Under the pieces are notes generated by a model. The model saw nothing but the letters and a program-made list of their open reading frames with translations, had not been told where the DNA came from and searched no databases. A stretch of 64,000 bases of DNA from Anthoceros angustus (taxonomy: Eukaryota; Plantae; Anthocerotophyta), in NCBI GenBank assembly GCA_010909165.1, contig VJWM01000016.1, positions 558,001 to 622,000 of the forward strand, written 5' to 3'. A program made the translations under genes and the position numbers. This document shows positions 46,900-58,493 of the stretch, one piece after another; positions within the stretch are counted from its first letter, which is position 1; each line of letters starts with the position of its first letter.

Positions 46900-48450
46900 G
46901 CCTGGTCACTTTCCATTGCAAACCCTTTTTTTTCGGTGGCTCATGCTACATATCTTCGACCACGACCATGCATGTGACTTTCCATGCGAATGCTCGCGGG
47001 TAAGTTGTCCGTTTTATCGGGGTTATTTCGGTGAACATCTATTGGGTGGCCGAATAGCTCCGCGCACAATGGAACTTCACAAGTGCTCTAGTGTTGTAGC
47101 TATCAACAGTTTTGTTACGACCGCCATCTCCATGCCTATCGCACTGAATTTCATGGAGATTCTCACTGATCTACTTCACACCCGAACATGACGTAAGAGG
47201 CTTTAAACAATGAGCCCATATGAAGAAGTATTACGATCATGCTGTATTTATTAGCAGCAACCACAAATTGCTAGCTTTCCAAGAACAGAATGTTCACAGG
47301 TGAGTGATATATGAAAGACATATCCCTTCTTTGGTGGAGATTGTATAAGGAAGCAACCTTCCATAGCGATCCAAAGCTACCTTCCACACGATGTAGGGTA
47401 TAGAACAATTCCTATACACAACGTCAATGAAAATAGTGTACGGCTTAGGACAATGATAGCCAACCATTAGTGGTTTGAGTACCAAAGTGAGGCATGATCA
47501 CATCTTACAACTTGTCACCTATTTCAGTGAGTGCTTCACCAATTAATTGCAATGCACTTACAATGCACTTGACCAATTTGTCTTTGTATGTCGATCAACT
47601 CTTTGTTGCGAGCCATAGTGTCTTTATGGACTTGAGCATCAAAGGTCATATGCTCCTTATGCCTTTTGTGTTTTTTGTCGTCAGTGTCTTGTAATTGTCT
47701 TATGAATCGACTCGTCAATTGTGCAAAAAGCTCCTTTCCCTTTTGGGCACTCAAATATTTATGCGTCTTCTCATGGGCACTTTTTGTTTTTGTAGTGATT
47801 TGCTTTACTCAATTAACAAAGTACAACAGAAGAACTACTCCAAATACTCAAAAGTGCCTAAAGAGTCAATGGCAATCTGAACTAAGTCGAGAAAGATGGT
47901 CTTCGTAGAAGCCACCATGCGACGTAACTGATGAATCGAAGTTTCCAAGGTGTCAAAATTGCATGACATTCCAACAATTTGTGAAGAGGCACGTCATGGA
48001 ATCTCAGACAATGCTTCGTGGATGTGCCAAAGAGGGTCGTGAGAGCGGCAAGGTAAGCCCAGAAAAGAACGCAGCCTCGAGCACTTACGGGCACTTCTAA
48101 GGATAGCCATGTGCACTTGGGTCTTCTAGATTGACACTTATACAATTGCCTTTTACTCCTCAAACAATGAAGGTTGATCCCTGTCCCTAAGAAGTCATTT
48201 AGTGCCTTCACAAGAAATTGTTGGAATAGAGCTTGTGTCTGCAAAAGAACAGAGATTGCTCAAGACATCTGATAAATGAATTGGGAACAAATACTTGGCA
48301 GCCTACACATATACCTGAAGCACGCAAATTACTTGGATCTCCTAACTGCTCTATCCAGAGAGCTCCCAAAAGGCACAAGGAGCAGATGACCTTTGATGTT
48401 CTATCCAAAGAACGAGCACACAAGTGCTTCCACAGGTGAGCCGATATTGG
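46900..48450. mobile_element. Degraded DNA-transposon-like region (possible PIF/Harbinger-associated trihelix/coiled-coil fragments) with internal inverted duplication
   Basis: Coiled-coil-like fragment KRHKEHMTFDAQ (minus, about 47600-47700) recurs inverted as KRHKEQMTFDVL (plus, about 48370-48410). Family assignment is weak. Confidence 0.35.
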
Positions 48451-51400
48451 CAACGGGACAAGCCCATAATGACAGCCGTAGTACCGGTAAAGAAGGAGAA
48501 GACACCGAAAATTTTCCCAAAGGTACTCTACCCCAAATATTTTCAAGTATGTATCAACTTACTAGTTTCTCAGCGCTACTGGGCCATGCATGTTCATTAA
48601 TAGAAATTGTAGACATGGAAGAAGCCATGTGGCTCTCATGGAAAGTGACTCTTCCTCTGCTGCTATAGCAGAATGTCCCCATTTGAAGAAATGGTGTGAA
48701 GCGGTTCACCAATCTGCAACTTATGATAGAATGTGACAACTACAAGGTAAATCTCACTGATTTGAGCAGTGCTGTAATACCTCATTTTGTTCATATTACC
48801 AACCTTGATGTCATGATGCATATGAATGTGTTTGATTTCCCAACATGTTGAACAACTGCGGTGAATTGTGCTGTCCTTGTACCCAACAATCTCATTAAGT
48901 AAGGGAGAAATGGAGTTTGAGACACCTTAATGCGATGTCTTATCCAAGGGCTGACCCAGACCTTGCAGGAATTCCGAAATCGGGGCCATGAGTTCCAAAG
49001 AGAGTCATATATGTATTATACCGTCTCTGCTCTGATGTCTCAGAACATGACGCACACACCCATGCATGCCTCAAACCCAATTTGTTGCCGAAACAAGACT
49101 TATCCCACCCCATCCTATTAGTGGGTAGGATGGGTAGCTTTTAGAGAGAAGTTTTACGACTAAATTATGTAATATTTTTTAAAGTTATATAACCTAATTA
49201 ATAACCATAAGATCATCAAATTAGATTATGTTTTTGAAAAGGCCGCAACATGCTGGCCCTTCTAGGAGTATGATTTTATGGCTCATGTAATCAATATTAT
49301 AATTATTTTAAGTCAATGTATATTATTAGCTAATAATTTTTCTAGGTAAAGATAGGTAAGGTGGTTGTGGGGTAATTACATTGAGTTCACACTGCCACGA
49401 CCATTTGAAATGTCGTAGTAAGTTGGTCAAATTCGAGATGGATGTCTTCCACGACCATTTGAAATGCCATAGTAAGTCGGTTATATTCGAGATGGATGCA
49501 AAGACACCATGGCAAATGTTTGTCAGCACCGTGAACGTTGCTCATTAATAAAAGGGTGAACTTCATTTATAAAAATATCCCATGGTGAATTAGTGGGGTG
49601 GTCATTGACGGTGAGCAAGCGATTAACGACTACCCCAATTGACATAGGTTGTTTATCTTGACACTTGAGCCTTAGGAAGAGGTGAATTCTTAAAGGTGGG
49701 AAACTTTTCTGTCCAGAGAATGAGGAAAATCAAAACAAGGGATGAGAAACGCTTTGAGAGGATGCTTCCAATTTGAGTCCGAAAGATCCTTGCTTTAGTC
49801 TCGATTTAAGTCTCGAAGATCGTTGCTGTATGCTCGAATTAAAGAAAAATAAATATAATAATTTTGATCACCTAATGAAAGAGTTTTATTCACTTGAAAA
49901 ATCATAACATTCGTCCACGATGCCACGCTACAAAATATTCGTTATGGGTAGCAAATACATATATCGGTGAGAGTGTGCGAGGGAGATATATGCACGGCAA
50001 AGGGCATCATCTGGCCCTATCCGCGGCCTGATGCAGGCGTGGCCCAGTAGGCACGGAGAATCAAGGCTACACCGAATATGTGTAGGGGAATCCTGTTGCC
50101 AATGGCAGTGAAGGCACATTGCAAAATCCCAGGAAGTTCCAAACCGGCTCCCGGTTGGTTGCGACGTGCACCGGCATGATGATAGTCATGGCATGTGGCG
50201 GGGCTCGCACGCTTGAGGCCTGCCAACGCCTTGTTTGTTTGCTGTCACCGACTGATGAAACGGCAGGCTGTTGCGGGCGCCCCATGTGCCGCATTAAATC
50301 TGCTCCGCACTGAACGAGTTTAATAAGCTCTTCAAGTTCCTGCCATCGGATGAGAGATGACCTCGAGCCCGGCGCGGGGCTGCGAGTTGCAGCGGCATCG
50401 GCTGCCTCGCTCGCTGCTGGGGCCCTGGGCCTCTGGCTGCATGGCAGTGGGCTCTGCCAAATGCCCACCGCCAATTCGCTACCGGGCTGCATAAAATACT
50501 CGTACGGTAACCGCGGCGCTGCAACGGTGGCCGCAGTTGTGGGCCGTGGCTGGAGCCTGGCTGCCTGGGCCTGGGTGGTTCAGCTCCCAACATATGCCGC
50601 GGCCACACTTTGGCTGGGCCTTTTGATGCGCTCCATGCGTTGCGTTGCTTTGTGTAGTGTGCAGCCTGCGGGGGCTCGGGATTCCATCTCCACCCACAGC
50701 GAGCTAAACGTGTTGCCACCTTTCGCTAATCCCGCTTACCAGTCCGTTTGGTCCGCTGGAGATGGCCATCGGAATTGGATAGAACTTTTGAATTTGACGA
50801 GCTTGTCACGTGACCGCAGGAAGTCCGTTGTCGTTAATGATGGGCGATTATTCCCTGCCGGGAATTCTGACCGCAAGCAAATCTCGAGCTCCGGCGGCAA
50901 GCTGGCCAAGCTTGGATATGATGTGTGCATACTATGTACATATGTACAGTACATGTTGTTCATCATGCAGGCTGCACTCGAGCAGCGGAAGCATCGAACA
51001 TCGAACGCGGGCGAGGGGGAGGAGTGAACGCTAATTTGCGTCCCTGGTGAGCGAAATAAATTTGGGCATTTATGAATCCGTCAGCGGAGAGGAGGGCCAG
51101 GCGATATTGGAGCTGCCGGTCGGCATTCCCGAGGCTCGCTCAGTACAGCGGCGGGCCGGCCGGGCCTGGCCTTTACTGTTCTGCACAAGGCCTGTGATAG
51201 CAGATAGCAGGCCTGCAATGCCCACAATAGTAATGCAGGCCTGCAACTGCAGCGCCGCTGTCTGTGCTCCACCGGCTGCTTCTGGCGACTGTGGAGGGCA
51301 GCGTACAGTGGCTGCCGCACTTGCAGTGCTAGCAACAAACATACATACCTACAGTGCTGACGACTGTGACTGTGGGCCTATTTCCGGGCCAGCTGGACCC

Positions 51401-52631
51401 GTTGCCGCGTTGCAACTTTGAACACACACTCTACTGTACATACATGCACACAGTCACACTGTTACTGTATCACTATTTTACAGTGGGACAAGCTGGAGAC
51501 GAGATGCACTGCACAGACTGTGACCGGGAATGCTACCAACAAGTGCCACTGCTGATGAGAATAAAACAGCATGGTGGAGGGAGCCATTTGCGCGTGCGAA
51601 TATATCAAACCATTTATAGCAAGCTATTGTCCTGCACGACATGCCACCCGATAAAATACTCCGCCCCATCGCTTGCATTGCACTGCACGTATCATTGGCG
51701 CTGCCAATGAGTGTGTTTCGTGATGACGGGAATGAATGAACACACCTGGAATGAATTTCCAGCTACAGTAGGAGCCTGGAGGTAGTAGTCTACAGATGTT
51801 CCTAGTGCGCAATCTCATGACTTTGACAAATTTGTGCTTTCCGAAGTCCGATCTCCAACAACCGACGGTGGTGTCTCATCTAGGCTTGAGGAGGCAGGAA
51901 TGGGACACACACATGGCGGGGCCTCCAAGCACACTTTTTATTACACTTATATTCAGAATGTGGCTAGCTAGCTAGCTAGCCAGCCAGTCACTTGCTTCTC
52001 ATGATGGTGAGACAAGTCATGATCACACAAAGTCATTCACAGTTGTCTAGTCTTAAAACTGCTAGCTGGAGCGGGAGCCCCTCAGCCTGAATCAATACAT
52101 ACGGCAAAATCGTAAAGACTAACTTGTCTTTTTGAGTTTTCTGGTTTTCCAGGAGCTCTACCAATAGTTCAGGGCGCATGCCAGGGTTGCCTGAGCCTTG
52201 TGTAATGTACAAAGTGAGCGGAAATGATCTGCTGCTAGTATAGCTTGGGCTGTCCTGGCAATCTAAGCCGTCGTTGTGCGCAGCAATTTTGCTCCAGCCG
52301 CTGTTGCAGCCCTAGCCTGTCCAACTATTGACAATTTGGGAGATTGTGCAGGTTGGCGAATCCAATTGCAATCCCCCGATCACCCTGGCAACCAAATTCC
52401 GGTAAGGAAAATAAACTCTTGCAGCTGCACGTGTATCTGCACCTGCCCCTGCACCTGCTTCCACCATCTACCTCAGTGCCAGTGCTGAGCTAGCCCCGCC
52501 GAGAGAAATGTTGAGAGGAATGTGAAAGCAGGGCCAGCTGCAGATGCAAAGGCAATTGCAGTTGCGGTTGCGGTTGCACCCGCCTGTGGTAGTCACACGG
52601 CACACATCTCTACAATCCTGGACCCTGTATG

Positions 52632-53084
52632 CTATTGCGAGCGTGCCGATGCAGGTAGCTGTCGGTCCTGAGTCCTTAGTATCTGGCTTTCCGACGAAGG
52701 CAGCCCAGGATCCTTGTGATCCGCCGCCGCCGCCGCCGCCCCCTTCCCCTCCACCCTGGCCTCCAAACCGCTGCCGCCGGCAGAGGTCTCGGCCGTGATC
52801 CGGCGCACAACAAACCCGGCCGGCCCAACATCGTTGTGGATAGGCGAGGGCCCGGACGGGGGGATGCGCGGGGCTCTGGACAGCGTGTACCCCCCCGTCC
52901 GTTTCACCGGTACAGGATCCCGCTCCCCCACCACCACAGGGACATCTCCACTCCCAACTGCCACCTCCACCAGCAGCTTGGGCCCGGGCCTCCCGGCCGC
53001 AGCAGGCAGCATGGCCGGCCCCGCAAGCAGCAACGCCGCGGGTGCCAGCACCAGGAGGAGAAGGAGACGGACGAGGGCTGCCAT
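52632..53084 (-). CDS. Small secreted peptide precursor (150 aa) containing the IDA/CLE-like dodecapeptide RIPPSGPSPIHN
   Basis: ATG at 53084 gives MAALVRLLLLLVLAPAALLLAGPAMLPAAAG (signal-like). The motif is encoded at 52868-52833 within GGYTLSRAPRIPPSGPSPIHND. Confidence 0.78.
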   Translation of the reverse strand: MAALVRLLLLLVLAPAALLLAGPAMLPAAAGRPGPKLLVEVAVGSGDVPVVVGERDPVPVKRTGGYTLSRAPRIPPSGPSPIHNDVGPAGFVVRRITAETSAGGSGLEARVEGKGAAAAAADHKDPGLPSSESQILRTQDRQLPASARSQ

Positions 53085-53570
53085 CACACGCACACTGCAC
53101 ACACCACTGCAGCTGTTGCACCAGGGAGGGACAGAGTGTGGGCCGGACTGTGCACAGCCTCGGGGCTGCACCCACCACGGCAAGATCGCTTACAAAACAA
53201 ACACACACGCACACACACTCAGGCAGTGAGACAGACAGAGACACGGGCTCCTGCAGAGACAGAGACAGGGATGCAGGGGCTGGGGGAGACACGGCAGAGC
53301 ACAATGTACCGGGACTAGGAGGGCGGAGAGGCGCGGAGGAGGCGGAGCAGGGGGAGAGGGAAAGGTGGGTTTGTGGGTGCAGAACTCAGAGGTGGTAGGA
53401 GCGGCGGGGATGTGGAGAGGGCGCCGGCGGGCCTTAGTGCGGCTGACATCGCCACCTGCGGCAGCAAGCATCGGGCGGCAACGTGCTCAAACGTGGCTGA
53501 GGCTGAGGCTGAGGGTGACTTGGTGCGCGATCGCGCCCGCTCCTCATCATGCTCCACCTTCATCAACTTC

Positions 53571-53576
53571 TTTATA
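53571..53576 (-). promoter_or_regulatory. Candidate TATA box for the IDA-like precursor
   Basis: TTTATAAA about 490 bp upstream of the ATG, followed by a CT-rich leader on the minus strand. Confidence 0.35.
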
Positions 53577-54641
53577 AATTTGGAAGAAGTGGCTGCGCCT
53601 GCAGCTGGTTGCCTCCCGCTCCGCTCCGGTGCGCTCTCCTCTCCTTCCCTTCGCTTCCCTTCCCTTCCCTTGGCTCGTCTCGTGGCGTCTCGACTCGATT
53701 TCACTCCCCTCCACCTCCTCTCGTTTTTGTCTCGTCTCGACTCCCCAGCAACACGCATCCCCTCTGGGCCCGGCCCCGCGAGCCATGCCATTTTGCCATC
53801 GCGCGCGCGCTCCGGGCAGGCGCTGGGGCCCGGGCGGGCTGGCGGGCCCCGCCGCTCCATAATCTATATTCTCTATGCACATACAGAGACATATCTGTAT
53901 GGCGTAACGACATTTAGCGGGGATGATGATGATGATGCCCGTGGGCCATGGCTGCATGGCTGCTTGCCCGGCGCTGCGCATGCGCCCTTCGCGTTTCGCC
54001 GTTTAGCCGTTTCGCCGTTTCGCCGTTCGGCGGTCAACGCTACGGCCCAGTCACACCTGGTCAGTCACTGGCCCACTCCCGCAGCCGCAGCGGCACAGGT
54101 GAAAGTGAAACCGCCGGTTGACCTCAGATTCATTTTCCACCAGATTCCCCCCCCCGGCCCTGCCTCGAACCAGCAATCTGCGGTAGCTACCTACTCTACA
54201 CTCTACTCGATTTTATACATGTAACATACACACGGACTGCATACTGTACAAAACTACAAATGTACAGACATGTCGGACTCGTCTACGGTTGCATGTTTGA
54301 CTTGTCGGGCACGGGCACGAATCATGATGCCGTGGGTCCCTTCCGCGTCAGCCCAGTCAGCCGTCAGCCTCTGCGGGTGTCCGAACGGAATGGGCGTCCC
54401 GGTCGCCCGCAGGTGCCGTCAACCGTCCTGCCCAATGGAATGTGCATACTGGGGCGCTGGCCGGTCTGGGCTGCCGCGCTCTTTGACATCGGCGACCACG
54501 TATGTGCATACATCGCGGTAGTACGATAATGTGGCGTATGTATGACGCATGTGAGCGTGCGTGAGTCGCGGGAGCTTGCCATGCCATGCCATAACATATG
54601 TGATTATGTAGTAGTAAAACACGAGGTTGCAGTAGGTTGTC

Positions 54642-54716
54642 GACCGGACCGGACCGGACCGCGTCGCGGGCTAGTCGACGGGGGAGCCTCCTGACCGGAC
54701 CGGACCGGACCGGACC
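54642..54716. repeat. Two short (GACCG)n tracts
   Basis: gaccggaccggaccggacc at about 54642 and about 54694. Confidence 0.85.
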
Positions 54717-54807
54717 GCTCTTTCCTTCTCGCACACTCCCCTTCGCCTTGTACACTTAGTGGACGCCTCTCGCATTAAACGCTGCTGGACCTGACTTTCT
54801 CGTTTCC

Positions 54808-54814
54808 TATATAA
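54808..54814 (+). promoter_or_regulatory. Candidate TATA box for the peptide gene at 55081
   Basis: CTATATAAT about 270 bp upstream of the ATG. Confidence 0.45.
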
Positions 54815-55080
54815 TGCGGGCATTCCCCCATTGTCATCACCCACGACTGCAAAGCAGCCAGCCAGCAAGCGTCCCACCGGATTCGAATGCGATGCGACCT
54901 GCACACACACAACAATCGAATCGACACCCAAGGCAGCTGCCAGCACCCAGGGCCTCGGATCGTACGTCGAGACACTCGCTAGGAGGAAGTGGCAGTTTTT
55001 TCAGTTTATCAGGCTTGCAACACATCCCGGTTTTGGAGTCGTCGAGATTTGGCGTTTACAAATCTGAATACTTGGAATCC

Positions 55081-55488
55081 ATGGCGGGCAAGTGCAGTGG
55101 AGCATATTGCGTGCTTCTGCTCTGCCTGCTCCTGGCGGGATTCTGCGAGCAGGGGATGGCCGGAAGGCGGGGCATGCCAGCTGCTGCAGCGAAGGAGCCC
55201 TCGGTCGTGGTCCCGGTCGGGGACCCGAGGGATGCCACTCAGCGCTGGACCGCGACCGGGGGGGACTCGGCCGGGCCGGTAGCTAAGGTGATTTCCGTGA
55301 GGAAGTGGAAACGTCCCGAGTCGCCTCCTTCCATGCCGTGGAGCGACATCGGGGAGCTGCTGGTGGACGGACGCGTACGGGAAGCAGCCAAGCAGCCTGC
55401 CCGCTACTCCAAGAAGCCTGCCACTCCGTCGCCGACTCCTCCCTCCCACCCGGGCACTTGCATCAGTACCGTGCCCGGGACTTGCTGA
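55081..55488 (+). CDS. Small secreted peptide precursor (135 aa) ending PATPSPTPPSHPGT-CISTVPGTC (CTNIP/SCREW-like)
   Basis: Signal peptide (AYCVLLLCLLLAGFCEQGMAG), then GRR, and a Pro-rich stretch before the terminal C-x7-C loop. The ORF track starts upstream, but the ATG at 55081 precedes the signal. Confidence 0.78.
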   Translation: MAGKCSGAYCVLLLCLLLAGFCEQGMAGRRGMPAAAAKEPSVVVPVGDPRDATQRWTATGGDSAGPVAKVISVRKWKRPESPPSMPWSDIGELLVDGRVREAAKQPARYSKKPATPSPTPPSHPGTCISTVPGTC

Positions 55489-56348
55489 TCACCTGCATCC
55501 ATGGGATGCGTCTCAGCATCCCATGCAAGTGATGAGCAACGTGCAGGTTAGCAGAAATGGGAGAAACTGGTGTCAGCTCCGGATCAGGAGCTCCCACGCG
55601 TCCGCTGCAATGCGGCCATGCAATATCATTGCTGCAATCGTCTCTGCTAGCGTGACATACGTGGCGCAGCAATCCTGGGCAGTGCAGCAAGCGAGCTCTC
55701 GTATGCGCAACCTGCGACCGCTACTGCCCAAGCTTGTTGAATCGAGTGTAGTTGCACCCATGCGTTCTTTTGTAGGTGACAGATTGTCACGGTTAGCGTT
55801 AGAGTAGGATCATTCTTTGCCAAGTCCACACATTGTGCACTTGGTTGCAGCCAGGGCATAATTGTCCTGATGTGAACCGGTACCGTCCACAAGCCGAGAC
55901 GGGAAAATCTTTCAATGTGCACCACGACGCCGTCCAGATAATATAATTCCAAGGTTGTCCAATTCCACATGCTTACACCAAGTTGCCTTTCTGCAACATT
56001 GCCAGTATGCCACAATCACTCCAATCAGATCCCAGGGTACATCACCGCACAAGATGGTTCTCATCAACTGCCGTCATTCCGAGAGCAGACTTGACTGGAT
56101 TGCGTGAACGCGTGCACAGCCTCCTGCAACTTCGGGGCTCAGCTCTTGAACACCGTCCTTCAACTTCGGTGCTCAGCTGCTTTTAACTCCTCACGGCTGC
56201 TCTACAGGGCTGGCTTTTGCGCAGTCTTTTTAGTATGCAGTTCTGCTGCGCCCCTGCAGGCGCCGGCTCTAATTCCTTTATACATACCTTCCAGCTGCTA
56301 ATCTGCTTCCCGTATTGGAGTATACAAGACTGACGCAGTTAGGAGCCC

Positions 56349-58266
56349 TGTTAGCCAATAGGGCCGTTAGGGCTACACACCCCCTTCACCAGGAGTCATA
56401 CCTCCTCACCAATAGACCTCACAGTGTTGTCACCTAGACTTTGTTCATTTTTCTTCCGTGATGGTGTCTTCGTCACGCTAGGGGTGGTTCCTCTGGCCTA
56501 GGGAGGCAGCATTCACTCTCCTCCGATTCCGGGAGGGGGATTGGGAGGCTCTAGAGGAGGAGGGAGGGCGCACAGCGAGATCTCATTGAGGAAAGACACT
56601 ATGAGGAGGAAGAGGAGACGGATCTGGCCATCCTAACGCTAGAGGGCATGGCAGCTTTGGAAACCGAGGTGGCTAGATGGTATGAAGAGAGGAGGGCTAT
56701 GCTGGATATAGCCCGACAAGCGAGTGAAGAAGTACCCAGGTCCACCCCGGTAGGACCTTCCTTAAGTGGTGGGAGCTAGTATCGGACGAGGAAGAGGGAG
56801 ACAGGCCTAATCCTACCAGTGCGTCTACAAAGGTAGGCACCAGAGAGGCCGAGGGGAATTCATCCCCCTCAGAAGGAGGACAAGAAGTAGGGGAACAAGC
56901 CCCCGGAGAGAGAACTGTGGAGCTACTTAATTAAGTCCACATATGCGTATGAAGAGGTAGGAGGACGACCTCCTACAAGTGTCGTAGGGACGAGGGTGAC
57001 AGAGGTAGGGGATTTACCTCCTACTAATGGGATGGTAGGAGGAAAACCTCCTACAAACGAGGTGGTAGGAGGGAAACCTACGGATGAGCCGGTAGGAGGA
57101 GCACCTCCTACAAGAGAAGAGGGGGAGATTGTTTCTTCCCCAGGGGCAAGCCTACCTACGGAACGGATGAAGGTAGGAGGTGAAACCAGGGGCAGTTCCG
57201 ATGAACGATCCGAATCAGGAGGAGGTAAGCAACCCGCTGAAGATGAAGGCGATAGCGCGGGAGTTAGAAGAAGAAATGAAGGCGGACCTCTTAGCTGGTA
57301 GGACGATTCGTAGGATGACTTGTAGAAGCATTCTTTTTTGGACACTGACATCAAAGTGGGGCCCATATTTATAGCAATCTCAAGATGCAACCTGCACAAG
57401 GAAACAGGAAACTGGTTGAGAGGCGGGGGTGCGCGCTCCTTCCCTTTGGCTCAGCACCTCCGGTGAACCTCGCTCTCCTCCTCTGACGCACCGTTTGGGG
57501 GACAGCGGATGGTCGCGCGCACACTCACAGCAGGGGTGCGCCACCAGGGGGAAGAACCATAAGGATTGATATTGAACTGTTTACATGGCTCCCCTTTTAT
57601 AGGTGGAGCGTTCCCTCATGGAATCCGGAGGGTCATCTCGCATTTAAGACGCACATATTTCGAGAGATGCTTGCTTGCTTGTTGGCATCTTGCAGGGCAC
57701 TAATGTTAGGGACTCGTTGGAAGTAAACCTTGGGGGAGTTTCCAAACCCAAGAGCGCTCACGTTAGGGGCAATCTCCAGGCTGCCGGCCCAAGCAAAAAC
57801 CCCATCGATTCGATCACTTTAGGCACCTGTGCCGTAAGAGCGATTCGTGTAGTTTGTCATGTGTAGGTTGGTGATTGGAGGAAGAGTTTACGAGGTTGAA
57901 ATATTAGAATGTTGTCGTTGTAGTGTTTCTGAGCGTAGGATTTAGAGGAATCTGGGAGGCTCGAGGCGGAGCCAGGGGCCAGTCGACCTAATATCCGCCA
58001 TTGGTGAAGAATTTTGTGACGGAATTGTGGCGAGTCATGGCGGTAAAATGAAACACCTCTTAGACAAGCGCATCCAAACAAGTCTCTTGGGATCGAACCT
58101 ACGTATTCGACGACTGTGGGATAAGTGTGGCCACCGAGGCTAGCTCTGTGTGACCGGGGTGAACCTACCACATTTTTTACGCCGTTGCCGGGGATTTGGT
58201 CACTGGATAGCTTGCTTTGAGGGTAAGATAAGAGTTGAATGACTGGTCGAGGGAGAGGGTCTTTAT
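56349..58266 (+). mobile_element. LTR-retrotransposon internal remnant (gag-like low-complexity region with decayed zinc knuckles, ending in a PPT)
   Basis: Glu/Gly/Pro-rich degenerate ORFs, CCHC-like RCRGFGHWIAC at about 58170-58215, and purine tract GAGGGAGAGGG at 58249-58259 just before an LTR-like TG. Confidence 0.45.
56957..57111. repeat. Five GTAGGAGG-n4-CCTCCTAC hairpin units
   Basis: Units at 56957, 57005, 57035, 57065 (degenerate) and 57092; they encode VGGxPPT on either strand. Confidence 0.85.
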
Positions 58267-58474
58267 TGTCAAAATACAATTAACCCTGGACTATGCTTAA
58301 GTTAGTTATGGTTAGGGTTGAATGGGTATAAGTTAAATATGTGACCTTTAGATATTAGGGCTTAGTATAAAACACACTTGAGACATTTTGTTAATTATTA
58401 TTATCAGTTTTGTCTATCTTGCTTTTGTCTATCTCGTCTCTAAGCTGTCTTAGAGTACGTGATTATGTCCAACA
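58267..58474 (+). repeat. LTR (about 208 bp, TG...CA)
   Basis: Begins TGTC right after the PPT and ends CCAACA a few bases before a canonical PBS. Confidence 0.6.
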
Positions 58475-58481
58475 ATTGATA

Positions 58482-58493
58482 TGGTATCAGAGC
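58482..58493 (+). other. Primer-binding site complementary to initiator tRNA-Met 3' end
   Basis: TGGTATCAGAGC, the standard plant LTR-retrotransposon tRNA-iMet PBS. Confidence 0.85.

Noticed and set aside
50000-51700. Several 70-225 aa ORFs in a GC-rich island
   Set aside because: No family motif, signal peptide or consistent splice model could be supported. The island may hide a gene, but it cannot be called from sequence alone.
52468-53304. 278-aa Cys-rich minus-strand ORF
   Set aside because: It overlaps the signal-peptide-bearing IDA-like ORF in another frame, and its Cys-richness comes from TG/CA microsatellites in the UTRs.
53373-54224. 283-aa plus-strand ORF and overlapping ORFs
   Set aside because: Low-complexity GC-rich promoter/leader sequence between the divergent peptide genes; no recognisable domain.
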